This document shows positions 53,027 through 64,000 of a stretch of 64,000 nt of DNA, piece after piece. The position numbers were made by a program, and so were the translations under genes. How positions within the stretch are numbered: the stretch's first letter is position 1; the number at the start of each line of letters is the position of its first letter. The stretch spans positions 124,001 to 188,000 of the forward strand of contig JALMLS010000471.1 in assembly GCA_038496445.1 (NCBI GenBank), read 5' to 3'. The notes beneath the pieces are model-generated. The model was not told the origin of the DNA and searched no databases. It saw only the letters and a list, made by a program, of their open reading frames with translations. Source of the DNA: Trichosphaerium sp. ATCC 40318. Its lineage: Eukaryota > Protista > Tubulinea.

Positions 53027-53254
53027 TGTTAGTCACGTGATATGGTATAGTTAAAAACAACTTAAAGGCAAGCCGGTTCAGAAAATGCGTTCGAAAATGT
53101 GTGAACACGGTTCGCACCTGTTCGAAAAAAATTACTTATGTTTTTGTTAGTCACGTGATAGGTATAGTTAAAAACAACTTAAAGGCAAGCCGGTTCAGAA
53201 AATGTGTTCGAAAATGTGTGAACACGGTTCGCACCTGTTCGAAAAAAATTACTT
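53027..53254. promoter_or_regulatory. Divergent promoter containing a tandem duplication (about 118-bp period) with CACGTG and TTC/GAA motifs
   Basis: Lies between ATGs at 52977 (-) and 53292 (+); two near-identical copies at 53027-53137 and 53145-53254. Confidence 0.65.
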
Positions 53255-53291
53255 TTGTTAAACGTTCGCATCAAACGTACAACACGTCGTA

Positions 53292-56200
53292 ATGGCCAAT
53301 AACTATGGAGGTGGGGTAATACCCATTAACTACGGATCTTTTGATCAATATGCAAGCGTCAAGGGCAGCGACGCAATACATACATTTACAAATTTTTTTG
53401 GCAGCTGCTTTAACCCAGTCATGCAGTATCAAAACCCTCTTTATGTTACGCTCTTGGTAAGACTGCTAGTATTCTTAACACTTACGCGGGTTATGTAGCA
53501 GAAAGATGACTATTCATCCTGGTTAGCAAAGCTAGATTTTGTACCCGAGTTTAGCGACAAGTTAACTCTACGCCATAACGGGGAGACAATCAGTACGAAA
53601 ATTGTTTTTTTTCTGTTTTCTACGGATTTGAACGAATAGAACCGTATTTTTTTGAAACCTTTTTTTTCACTTTTTTGAAAGTCTCGTGACCATTTTGATC
53701 AAAATAGTTGTCTTTTCAGTACTATATCTGATTTTATTTTAGCTTCTGTTGATAAAAGGTTTAACAGAGATGGCGTGGCAGTGTTCGACAAGTTGCAACT
53801 GGGTACTCCGTTTGTTGGATTAACGCAATTAGTTGATTTCGCTTTTAAGGACTTGCTACTTCTGCAAACGGACATCGTGGGGCATCACGTTGCAAGTTTC
53901 GTTTTTTTGTATATGTACGCTTCTTTTTTAAAGATATTTTGATAAAACTAAGCGAAATAGAACGAAGCAGGAGGTGCAACGACTGCGAAAGAGATTAATA
54001 TCCAGGCTAATATGATATGGACAGGTTTGAAAAATACAAGTTAAAATTGTTTTATTTTAACAGACTCTATCGAAAGGACTATACCCAGAAATCAAAAGTA
54101 TTGCACCACACGAAATAACCGTAGATTTGGTAGAAAGAGGTTTACATACTAAAAGAAAAATAGCTTTTTACAAGTTGTGTAGGCGGTGCAATTATTGGTA
54201 CCGGGTTTCCGCCACCATCTAGAGTGTACTTTATAGATCAAAAGCTTGCCCTGCTGGACTATCAAACTGTAACCCACACTAGCTCAGAGTTAGTTCATCC
54301 CGTAGTAATGCCCGTAAGGGGAGAACCATGTACAATATTCGCAAGAGTGATGACATGTATGAAGTAATATTGTGATTACTTTACTGACGTATGTAGGTAA
54401 TGGCGCGAGTAATACTGTTCCCATACGCTACAGACGTTATGAAGATAGGAAAGCTAGCCAAGAATTAGACTACAGTACATCTTATCAGCAAGATGAGAAT
54501 GTTATTGCGGCGTTGAACAAACTAAATCAACACGATGGTTTTTCATATGAATACACGGTTGGTACCCTTGGTTTTGCCGGTGCTAACAGAAGTAAGTGTT
54601 TGGTTAGACTAGTCTTTTATATACTGACATGACTAGATGGTGACACCGCGTTACATTTTGTAGCAGCACATGGTACAGTTGAAGATGCAAAGAAACTATT
54701 ATCTGATGGAGCGTATCTTGAAGCTACAAATGAACGTGGTGATACACCGCTACTCTGGGCTTTGACAGCGCAAAATGAAGCTGTTATTAGTTTCTTGATT
54801 AAGCAAGGTTTGTTCAACAACTGTATGTTATGTCGTCTTATGATTACACAGGAGCATCTGCGGAAGCTAAAAACAAGGACTCTCTTACGCCTATCAAAGT
54901 TGCACAGATATATGGACAAACATTGGTTACAACAAAAGGTACAACTACATAAATAATAATTGTTTTACAAACGTTACTATCCCACTTGAATACCCTTCTC
55001 ACAACGCTAGAAAACGCCAATCTCGAACAGAAAATAGGGCACAGCGATGTAGGTAAAGCATTACTTGTTGCAGGTAAGTTCCATGTAGCTACTACTTGTT
55101 CTCACTTCTTTTAGCATATAAGGGGGACTGCGAAGTTGTCTTAAAATTAATCAACTCAAACGCAGCTATTGAAATTGTTGATGAAAGTGGATATACCGCT
55201 GTATTGCACGCAGGTAATGTAGCAAGATCGCAATCCTTGCCGTTTATTCACATTGGCTTTAGCAAAAAACGGACACGTTGACATTGTTTCATTGCTGATC
55301 AAAGCAAGTGCCAACATTGACGCTGCTACCAAAGACGGAAAAACAGCTTTAATACATGCAGGTAATATTACGAGATAACACAACAACTCTCACTACCGCC
55401 TTAGCGTTCAACGGACATAGAAAAATTGTTTCAATGCTGATCGAAGCAAGTGCCAACATTGACGCTGTTACCAACGACGGAAAAACAGCTTTAATACATG
55501 CGGGTAATGTAGCAAGATCGCATTCATATCATTTACTCATATTGCCTTTAGCTAGCAAAGGACACATTGACATTGTTTCAATGCTGATCAAAGCAAGTGC
55601 CAACATTGACGCTGCTACCAAAGATGGAAAAACAGCTTTAGTACATGCAGGTAATATTACGAGATAACACAACAACTCTCACTACCGCCTTAGCGTTCAA
55701 TGGACATAGCGAAATTGTTTCAAAGCTGATCAAGTCAAAGTCTAAGATTGAAGCTGATACAGATGTGGTTAATATAGGTATTTATCAATCGTAGCTACGA
55801 TCAATTAACCTATTGTAGACAATGAAACATTGTTTAATTATGTTTTGAAAGCGACTGGAGTTATTTTACCCACTTCAACACTGTGGCAAGAGTTTCTTCT
55901 TGTCATACTAATCAAAGTAATCTCTAATGAACCCAGATCTGTTGAATTGTTTGTTACTTTCTTGGAGCATGCTCCAAGTGGTCAACAATGTTACAAATTA
56001 TGGGAAGCGTGCGCTTTGTTGAGTAGATGTGGCCCCCAAGAATTGAAATCTAATCTTGAACAATGGCTAAAGTACTTGGTACAACATCAAGCTGATTGGT
56101 AATTACTAATCATTTTCAACAGCCAAAGTGTTCGTATTTTAATTTGGCGATGGAAAAAGGGATTTGTTCCTTAATTTGTACATTTGAGGCAAAGCTCATA

Positions 56201-58179
56201 CGCTCCCCGGTAAGTACAACAATTCCGTTAATTTAAATGACACTTATTAGGATTTTTGGTACTGTGATGGAAAGTTAATGCAAGGAATCTTGAATGACCT
56301 TCCAAATGATATGTGGAGTGCAATGGATAAAAGCGAATTCAAAGAAGAATTTTGCGATGCTGGTAGAGCGAATTTGTTTTTTTATTATTGACACTAGCTA
56401 AAATACTCGCAGGATTAAAAAGTAAAAACCCGTGGGAGTTAAATCCGCGATTGTATTTTTCGAACAACTGGCAAAGAGCACATACCACGTGAGTACTTAA
56501 TAATATATTTGTATGATTAACATGTTCTAAAGTGGTACGAGTCCAAAGGCTACACATTTTAGAACCTTGAATCTTCTGGATTCAAATGATAAAGTGGCTA
56601 AGAGGGAATTGGATATCCTTAGACAAGAGATGTCGAAAATGCACGGTTTTGAAAAATACAATCTTGTAGAAGCTACTCTTGTTTACAATGATACCTTGAA
56701 TGAAAGCTTTGGAAGATTCAACAGCCAATTGAAACAGAGGCACAGGTACCTGAGAGTTTATTACTAAATCAAACTAAACATAATAGACTGCTACCAAATG
56801 TGTTAAGTAAACAAGATTGGGAGAAAAACAATTATAACAAAACAATTTACAAAAAGTTTGAAGCCGTCCTGGAACAAAATAGTACTGATACCTATGACAG
56901 TTCTAATTACGTAATATTAAGTAAATCACAGACTATTAATTTGGCTTTTAGTTACCCGTCGCATTGATGGCCCATGGAACAACTGAAGAAGCTGCATACA
57001 GTATTGCAAAACTTGGTTTTGCAACTTTGTGTGTGTTGGATACTGGTTTCTATGGTCAAGGCATCTACTTCACAGTACGTACAAATAATATCACGTTCTA
57101 TTCACAGCTTTTTGTAGCGGAATATCCAATATGCTAGTTTACATGATTGTGGAAGAACCAAATACAAAACACTTATATTGAGTCTTGTCACTCCTGGCAA
57201 TGTTTACCCTGTACATAAGTAATAATTCATAGCTTTGTATTAACGATAACAAAGGTAAAGCCAGCTGACAATTTAAAAGGAAAGCCAATAAAACCAGGCT
57301 ACCAGAGTCATTACACATTGGTAGATCACAAGGGCAGACCTATCTCAGAACGTAAAGTCACTAAAGCAGTATGCGATGAGCTTGTTGTTGCACAAGGTAC
57401 ACTCAATGAAATTGTATCTACACTAAACATTTTGTCATCAGATGCTCAAGCTGTCCCTCGCTATATCATCAAACTTGCACGGAAAGAGGTTACAAGCAAA
57501 GCGAAAAATGAAAAAAAAATAGGCAAAGAGACAAAGAAAGGAGAAAGTAAAAAAACAATCAAAAAAAAAATAGACAAAGAGACAAAGAAAGGCGAAAGTA
57601 AAAAAATAGGCAAAGAGACAAAGAAAGGAGAAAGAAAAAAAATAATCAAAAAAAAAATAGATACAAACAAGGGAGGTAAAAAAATAGATAAAGAGACAAA
57701 GAAAGGAGAAAGTAAAAAAACAATCAAAAAAAGAAACCCCAAGAAAGGAGCTAAAACGACAAAGAAAGGCGAAAACAAACGAACCAAAAAACATCAAGAT
57801 AAAGATTCAGATGAATTCTCTGATTCTTTTGAAGACAATTATTTTAGTCTGCGGTACGACATTAATTGCATTTGGTTATCAGAACTTATACGCTACTAGA
57901 AAATTGTGGAATTCCTATGTGGACTCAAGTGATAAAAAGATACTCAATACCTCTCATGAAATAGAATTGCGAAAAGTAAAACGTAAAGTTGCGCAGCTAG
58001 AGCATAGCAATGCAACTTTACGTCAAACCGACACAAAGCAACGTCAATACACCTCACGACAGATTTTGAACTTATCACTAGCTGTCTCTAAACTACAAGA
58101 GAGCAATTCCATGCTACTTGCCAAAACAGCGTGGCTTGAAAGTATGAATGTAGGCAACTCCAACCATATAATAAACTAG
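53292..58179 (+). CDS. Multi-domain protein: N-terminal domain, IPT/TIG, ankyrin repeats, PARP-like ADP-ribosyltransferase, Lys-rich repeat, leucine zipper
   Basis: IPT 'PEIKSIAPHE...GGAIIGTGFPPPSRVYF'; ANK 'DGDTALHFVAAHG', 'DGKTALIHA'; ART 'AHGT', 'GFYGQGIYFT', 'DELVV', 'QAVPRYII'; heptad C-terminus. Confidence 0.75.
57487..57790 (+). repeat. Coding minisatellite (KKIG/DKETKKGES repeats)
   Basis: Repeated AAAGAGACAAAGAAAGG(A/C)GAAAG units; absent from the paralog at 62870-62920. Confidence 0.85.
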
Positions 58180-58333
58180 TTAGAAATGCAAAAATTCTAA
58201 TTTCTCTCATCGACTTTATTTCTATGATCCTATCAACTACATTTCTTTAGGGTTGCTACCCCCATGTCTTGTGAAGTTCAAGTATTAAACCGCAACTGGG
58301 TAAAAGTCATAAGCGGTATTCATTAATCAGATT

Positions 58334-58503
58334 CAACACTGCCACAAAGCAGCACCTTTATTACCATCTTTATTACAAAATACAAAAAAATCACCATCTC
58401 CGAAATCAAGGTCAAAAAGAGGACACTGTTCCATTTGCATCAAAAGCTCACCACCATTGAAAGGATAATCAGCACATTGCAACCACACTGGATCGCCACC
58501 AAT
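58334..58503. repeat. About 170-bp dispersed duplication of 48378-48549
   Basis: 'CACTGCCACAA...GGATCGCCACCAA' is shared at high identity. Confidence 0.85.
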
Positions 58504-60909
58504 GACTACAAAGACGTTCTCTTGTTGAATACAAGAAGCCACTTGGTTGCCTGTGTCAAGATAATTTGTACAGTGGAATACAACGTGTTGGTAGATTGTA
58601 GGTGCTCATGAACGTATGGACAATGTCAAAGAAAGCAAGATATCTTCATGTCCTTTCTTGTAATCTGAATAGAATTAAAAAAAACGGTTTGTGGTTTGAG
58701 CACGTGTTCCATATTTTATCAGTTCTAAGTCCGTCAAACGGGAATTTTTTGCTATGGTTTGGGTCTAAGCAGCTCTGAAACACTATTAAACAAACATACA
58801 GAAGTGAAAACGCTAAATAAGGTAAACTGCCTACCTGTTGAATTATAATTCTGCGGAATAGTACGCCAAACACGCTTATGCGTAAACTAGGTAACACATC
58901 TACTTCAAGCTTTCCAATAAGCGCCACAACATAAATTTGTAGCAGATGCTATTAAACGGGTTCTTGTTAGATTGAATGGTCATATATGCGATTAAGATGC
59001 TGTGTACCGGGGTTTGCAGTCTTTAAACTGTGTTGTCTATTTTTGACGCCTGGTATTACTTACTATTTGTACTAGCACCTCTTTGTTTTCAAGTTTCTGG
59101 TACATTCGTATTCTCTGTGAACAATGTGACTTGCCATCCAGACATTACCTGGCACAACACTTGACATTTTCAAATGTTGAAGTTGTTCTTTGACATGTAG
59201 AATGTCAAGTAAGTATTAATCTAGTGCTAGCATTAGTATTTACCCTGTGTAAACAACATAACACCATCTTGTTGTCATATTGCAGTGTCTAAGAGAGGTA
59301 CTGTAAAAAAATTATATCCTGTCTCTGGGTACACCTCAAGGTTTGAAATATCGTCTCTAAAAGAACAATTGGGCAATGTGAACTCTAAATCATTACTTAG
59401 TAATTATATTTGTAACGTGAAAGGTAGGTAATGTTTCAACAAAAAACCAAAGTAAGTGCCATCTAGTTGTCAATCTATTTTGTTTTCGTTTAGTATCAAT
59501 CACATGAATCTAGTGCTATGGTTAGCGCTCATTTTCGTCCCTGTAGAGACTACAAACACCAAATACTAACAATTTTCTGAACAGGCAAACTAAGCACAAG
59601 CTTATTAGAAGAACCGGCACTTTGAGCTTCTCAGAGGTAGCAGTAGTAAATCAACTTCCCAAAACCCACAAGACCCGCCTTATGACTAAGAAAGAAGGCA
59701 AGAAAGAGGTGGAGGAAGAAGAAAATGATGTAGTGGTAGACGAAGGCGTATTTCTACGGGCATTTATTACCAACCCTATATCCATCTAATAGCGCACCCA
59801 CTTATTTTTAGGTTTTTTGCTTATTTCGTGCTAGTGTTACAGTTACCCTTGTGTATTATCCCCACCCCTATCTCCCTTGCTCAACCTTGTTGTTATGTAC
59901 TAATGTTGTGTTGTCCTACAGTACACAAACTCAGAACAATCGTTTATCAGCAAGGAAAGGGCATCTACAAGTACATGTTAACCAACTGCAATCTCAATCT
60001 CGGATGGACAATTATACGCCCCAACTCAAACTCCAACCCCAACTCTAACGTGTTTGAAATAGAGCACAGATTGCAACTGGTAGTGGCGATATGTTATTAT
60101 ACCTTTGACATGCTGCACTATTTGAGTAGTGGAAAACAAGTAACTCTCCTGGTACATGAAGGAGCACATACGCATGTATGCTTTGCACTAAATCATCAAT
60201 TGGGTTTTAGCTACTTGTATTTGACACTTAGGTGTAACAGACTAACGAGATACTAAAGTTGATGTGTCTAGTTCTACTTCTCTACTTCCAAACAAATATG
60301 GCCAAGTCTGTGCTTTGGCAACCCAAATCCAATAGTAAATAAGGCACATGCTTGTTATTCATGACTCCCTTTAGAACCAACAATAATACTACAAGCATTG
60401 TCTATTCCTGGAATTATCTCATTTTGGATAGTAAATGCAACTCGTATGGAAGCACAGCATATACCACATTGTTTACAATATGCAACTGTACATTGTTTTA
60501 TTTTACCTTTTTTAAGCAACCACAGAGGCACCTTACAATTGAGGCTTAACTCAAAGCAAAGCTTCCAAAGCCAAACGGCAATACCCCCAAAAATTTTAAG
60601 TTTTCCAAAGAGATTCAAAAGCAACTCTTGGGCACGCTAACCTGTCTACACGTTCTTTTTTGAGTTTAGTGAGTAGCCGGTATTTCTTAAAGGGTTTTTT
60701 GAGTTTGCCAGGTAAGTAGCAAGACACCTCTACACGAGAGATTAAGTTAAAATGTTTTTGCATTTTTATAAAAAAGGCTAACATCCATGCCCATTTGGAT
60801 GCATATTTTTTGCATTTTCGCCACTGCTAGAAACAGCACAGTAGCACTATAAAAGAACAACAGAGATGATTCCAGAAGCTTTTAATTAATAACAGTGAGT
60901 TTGGCTTAT

Positions 60910-61478
60910 TCAGCGTATTTCCATATCATTGTCAAAATTATCTACGCCACACGTTAGGTCTAATACTTGAATGTATTCCTTACCTCTAGCTTCGTTTTGC
61001 TGCGATGCCTGGAATTGTTCTATAATATCTGCAATTGCGTGGTTACCGAAGGAACGAGCTACCATTCGTGGAGTCTTATTTTTGTTGTTTAACAAAAACT
61101 TGGTTTTTCCTGTTTTTTTATGTAAGACCGTAGACAACTAAATGAACTCTGTCATACCTTCTTTCAACAAACAAAGAACAATGTTTTTGTGGCCAATTCT
61201 AGCAGCTAAGTGTAGCGGTGTTTCCCCTTGTAGGTTTTGGGCGTTTATATCTAATCCAAGTCTCACAAGTTCCTCAACAGAGCGTTCTTTCCCTTTGTAA
61301 ACAGCGAAGTGCAGTAGTGTTTTAACCCCTATTTTTCGAATTAAACTAAAAGGGGGTAATGAACCCAACGTACGACTATCGGTATGGAGCTCAAGGTCTT
61401 CTCGGGGGTTCGATTCAACAATTTGCTTGATCTGTTGTAGATTTTCATTGGGTATTGCCTCATTTGCATCTTTCGCAT
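60910..61478 (-). pseudogene. Truncated duplicate of the ankyrin gene (1-nt deletion just after ATG; lacks the downstream part)
   Basis: High identity to 52430-52977; ATGCGAAAG versus ATGCGAAAAG; could be a homopolymer error. Confidence 0.6.
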
Positions 61479-61573
61479 AGTTAATAGAAAGTATTGGCTG
61501 TTGTTGTACCCAGGTGCTTAAAGCTCATATTGCTTGCGTGATGGTATAGTTAAAACAACTTTAAGGCAAGCCG

Positions 61574-61586
61574 TTCAAGAATTTTC
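61574..61586. promoter_or_regulatory. Canonical three-unit heat shock element (TTCaaGAAttTTC)
   Basis: Exact TTCnnGAAnnTTC match in the divergent promoter; function not shown. Confidence 0.4.
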
Positions 61587-61723
61587 GAACAGTGTATGTG
61601 AACCTGTTCGAAAATATGTGATCCTGTTCGAAACGGTTCAAAAATGTGTGTGAAAACGGTTCGCACATGTTCGAAAAAAATTACTTTTGTTAAACGTTCG
61701 CATCAAACGTACAACACGTTGTA

Positions 61724-63271
61724 ATGGCCTTTAAATATGGAGCTTTTGATCGATATGCAACCGCCAACGAGGGTAGCGACGCATTAGAAATAAGCACAAA
61801 TTTTGCTGGCGACCGCTTGAACCCAAACACTCACAGTTGGGATAGATATCAAATCACGTGCGTATATTAATAGTATTGTAAAATTAACATGTGGTTATGC
61901 GAAAAGTGGTGCAGGTCCAAAGGCTACACAGTATAGAACCTTGAATCTTTTTGATGCAAATGATAAAGTGGCTAAGAGGGAATTGGAGATCCTTAGACAA
62001 GAGATGTCGAAAATGCACGGTTATGAACAATACAATCTTGTAGAAGCAACTCTTGTTTGCAACGATACCTTAAATGAAAACTTTGGAAGATTCAACAGCC
62101 AATTGAAAGAGAGGCAAAGGTACCTGAAAGTTTATTGCTAATATAAACTAACTAAACATGACAGAGAGGAACCAAAGCTGTTCTGCAAACACCATTGGGA
62201 GAAAAACGATTATAATAGTACAGTTTACGAAAAGTTTGAAGCCGTCCTGAAACAAAATAGTACTGATACCTATGACAGTTCTAATAACGTAATATTATGT
62301 AATTCACAGAGTATTAATATGGTTTTAGCTACCTATCGCATTGATGGCCCATGGAACATCAGAAAAAGCAGCGTACAGTATTGCAAAACTTGGTTTTGCA
62401 GCTTTGTGGACAGAAGATGCTGGTTATTATGGTCAAGGCATCTACTTCACAGTACGCACAAAACAATATGGCATCCTATTCACTTTGTATTTTCCACTGT
62501 AGCGGAGTATAAAGTATGCCTGTTCATATGACCATCCAAGAACCAAATACAAAACACTTATTTTGAGTCTTGTCACTCCTGGCAATGTTTATCCTGTACA
62601 TAAGTAACAATTATATCTTTGTATTAATGATCACAAAGGTAAAGCCAGACGACAATTTGTACGGAAAGCCAATAAAACCAGGCTATCAGAGTCATTATGC
62701 ATTGGTAGATAGGAAAGGCATACCTATCACAGAAGATAAAGTCACAGGAGCTGTATACGATGAGCTTGTTGTTGCACAAGGTACACTCAATGAAATTGTA
62801 TCACCTAAACATTTTGTCATCAGATGCTCAAGCTGTCCCTCGCTATATCATCAAACTTGCACCAAAACCGTTCAAGCGTAAAAAAACAAAAAAGACAAAG
62901 AAAAGGAAACAAACTAAAAAAGATCAAGCACCAGAAACGGCTAGCACAAGTTCAGATGATCTCTCTGATATTGAAGCTGACGATTTTAGTACTAAGCGGT
63001 ACAACATTAATTTCATTCTTTTGTCAGAACTTATATCGCTACTAGACAAATGTGGGATTCTCATGTGTATTCAGCTGATGAGGAACAATCGAGAGACAAT
63101 GCCACTCTTGCAATAGTGCAAGAATCAAACCATGAAGTTGAGAAACTAAAGAAGAGCAATGGAAAATTAAAAGAATACATTATGAACTTATCAAAAACTG
63201 TCACTATCCTACAAGAGAGTAATGCCACGCTACTTGCCAAAATAGCGCACCTTGAAAGTATGGTCAAGTAG
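61724..63271 (+). CDS. Compact PARP-like ADP-ribosyltransferase with C-terminal leucine zipper (short paralog)
   Basis: Exon 1 splices in frame to the ART region; 'AHGTSEKAAYSIAKLGF', 'GYYGQGIYFT', 'YDELVV', 'QAVPRYII'; 'LSKTVTILQESNATLLAKIAHLES'. Confidence 0.8.
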
Positions 63272-64000
63272 CTTCAATGTAGGCAACTCCAATCAATAAT
63301 AAACTAGTTAGAAATGCAAAAATTCTAGTTCCTCTTACCGCCCTTATTTCTAGGATCCTAACTAGAGTGAGTATGATAACACATAAAAAAGATTTTAAAA
63401 TGATAATAAAATACTGTTTGTGAAGTAAAATTGGTTGAACGGGCAGCACAGTTTTTGCACAAAGTTTACAATTTGTCAAAATTGTAGAAATTCGCAAATT
63501 TGCTACTTTTACTGCATATTATGGAATCTTTACAATGCTATTTCTCATCAATGCAATCATTGTTGTACTATTGATAGTGCCTCATAATATAAAATATACT
63601 ATAAAGTACTGTGAAGTAGTGAGAAATTATTTCGTTAATGCAGTGGTGAGAAAAGGTATTGCCAGTGCTGCCAATTTATTTTTTACCTTGTAATTTTAGG
63701 TATTTTCGCAAATTCTCTAATTTTAGGCAATTAGACAACCTCTCGTTCTCCTATTCCTACTCATTCATATTAAGAAACCTTACACAATTGAGAGGAAGAC
63801 TACAACGTCTAGTGGCTCTAGCGCAGCCCTTGATGTTGTTGTTTACTAGCCAACAAGAACATACAAGTTTAAGTGCATTACATGATAAAATTTTTAAATC
63901 CTCGTAATTGGAATTTCAGTATTTAGGGTGGGTTTGTGGGTTTCGTTTGATTCGCTGCTCGCCATCGTTAATCGTGTGTTACAATTCTATTTGTTTCAGA

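Noticed and set aside
57438-57797. Very hydrophobic minus-strand ORFs that look like membrane proteins
   Set aside because: Antisense shadows of the Lys-rich coding minisatellite on the + strand.
58550-60900. Short ORFs and exon-like patches
   Set aside because: No recognisable domain or reliable gene model by eye.
1-64000. Alternative genetic code or prokaryotic/viral contig as the cause of fragmented ORFs
   Set aside because: Fragments join through canonical introns, and TAA, TAG and TGA all terminate conserved genes.

Overview
Eukaryotic, AT-rich (roughly 34-35% GC by eye), intron-rich genomic DNA with short GT-AG introns (mostly about 40-100 nt, donors often GTACGT/GTAAGT). It uses the standard code and is most consistent with a free-living protist (amoebozoan-like gene content; the taxon cannot be fixed from sequence alone). 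Housekeeping and signalling genes: two tandem class C (GABA-B-like) GPCRs, a DH-PH RhoGEF, a divergent peptidyl-tRNA hydrolase homologue head-to-head with NOMO, and a secreted arylsulfatase. Accessory content: a Mutator-like transposon with TIRs and TSD, MITEs, several intronless F-box/LRR genes in birth-and-death decay, three tandem divergent HSF-like genes, two non-LTR retrotransposon insertions, and a duplicated head-to-head module of an ankyrin gene plus an H-Y-E PARP-like gene. Top observations: (1) a 5'-truncated RT-RNase H LINE whose coding strand ends in a structured 3' UTR and a poly(T), not poly(A), tail with an 18-bp TSD; (2) a putative Ig-fold/IPT/ankyrin/PARP/leucine-zipper protein paired with an ankyrin gene across a TTC/GAA-rich divergent promoter, duplicated as a stripped-down PARP version; (3) strong CACGTG enrichment, including in introns. 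Exon boundaries were read by eye and are approximate.
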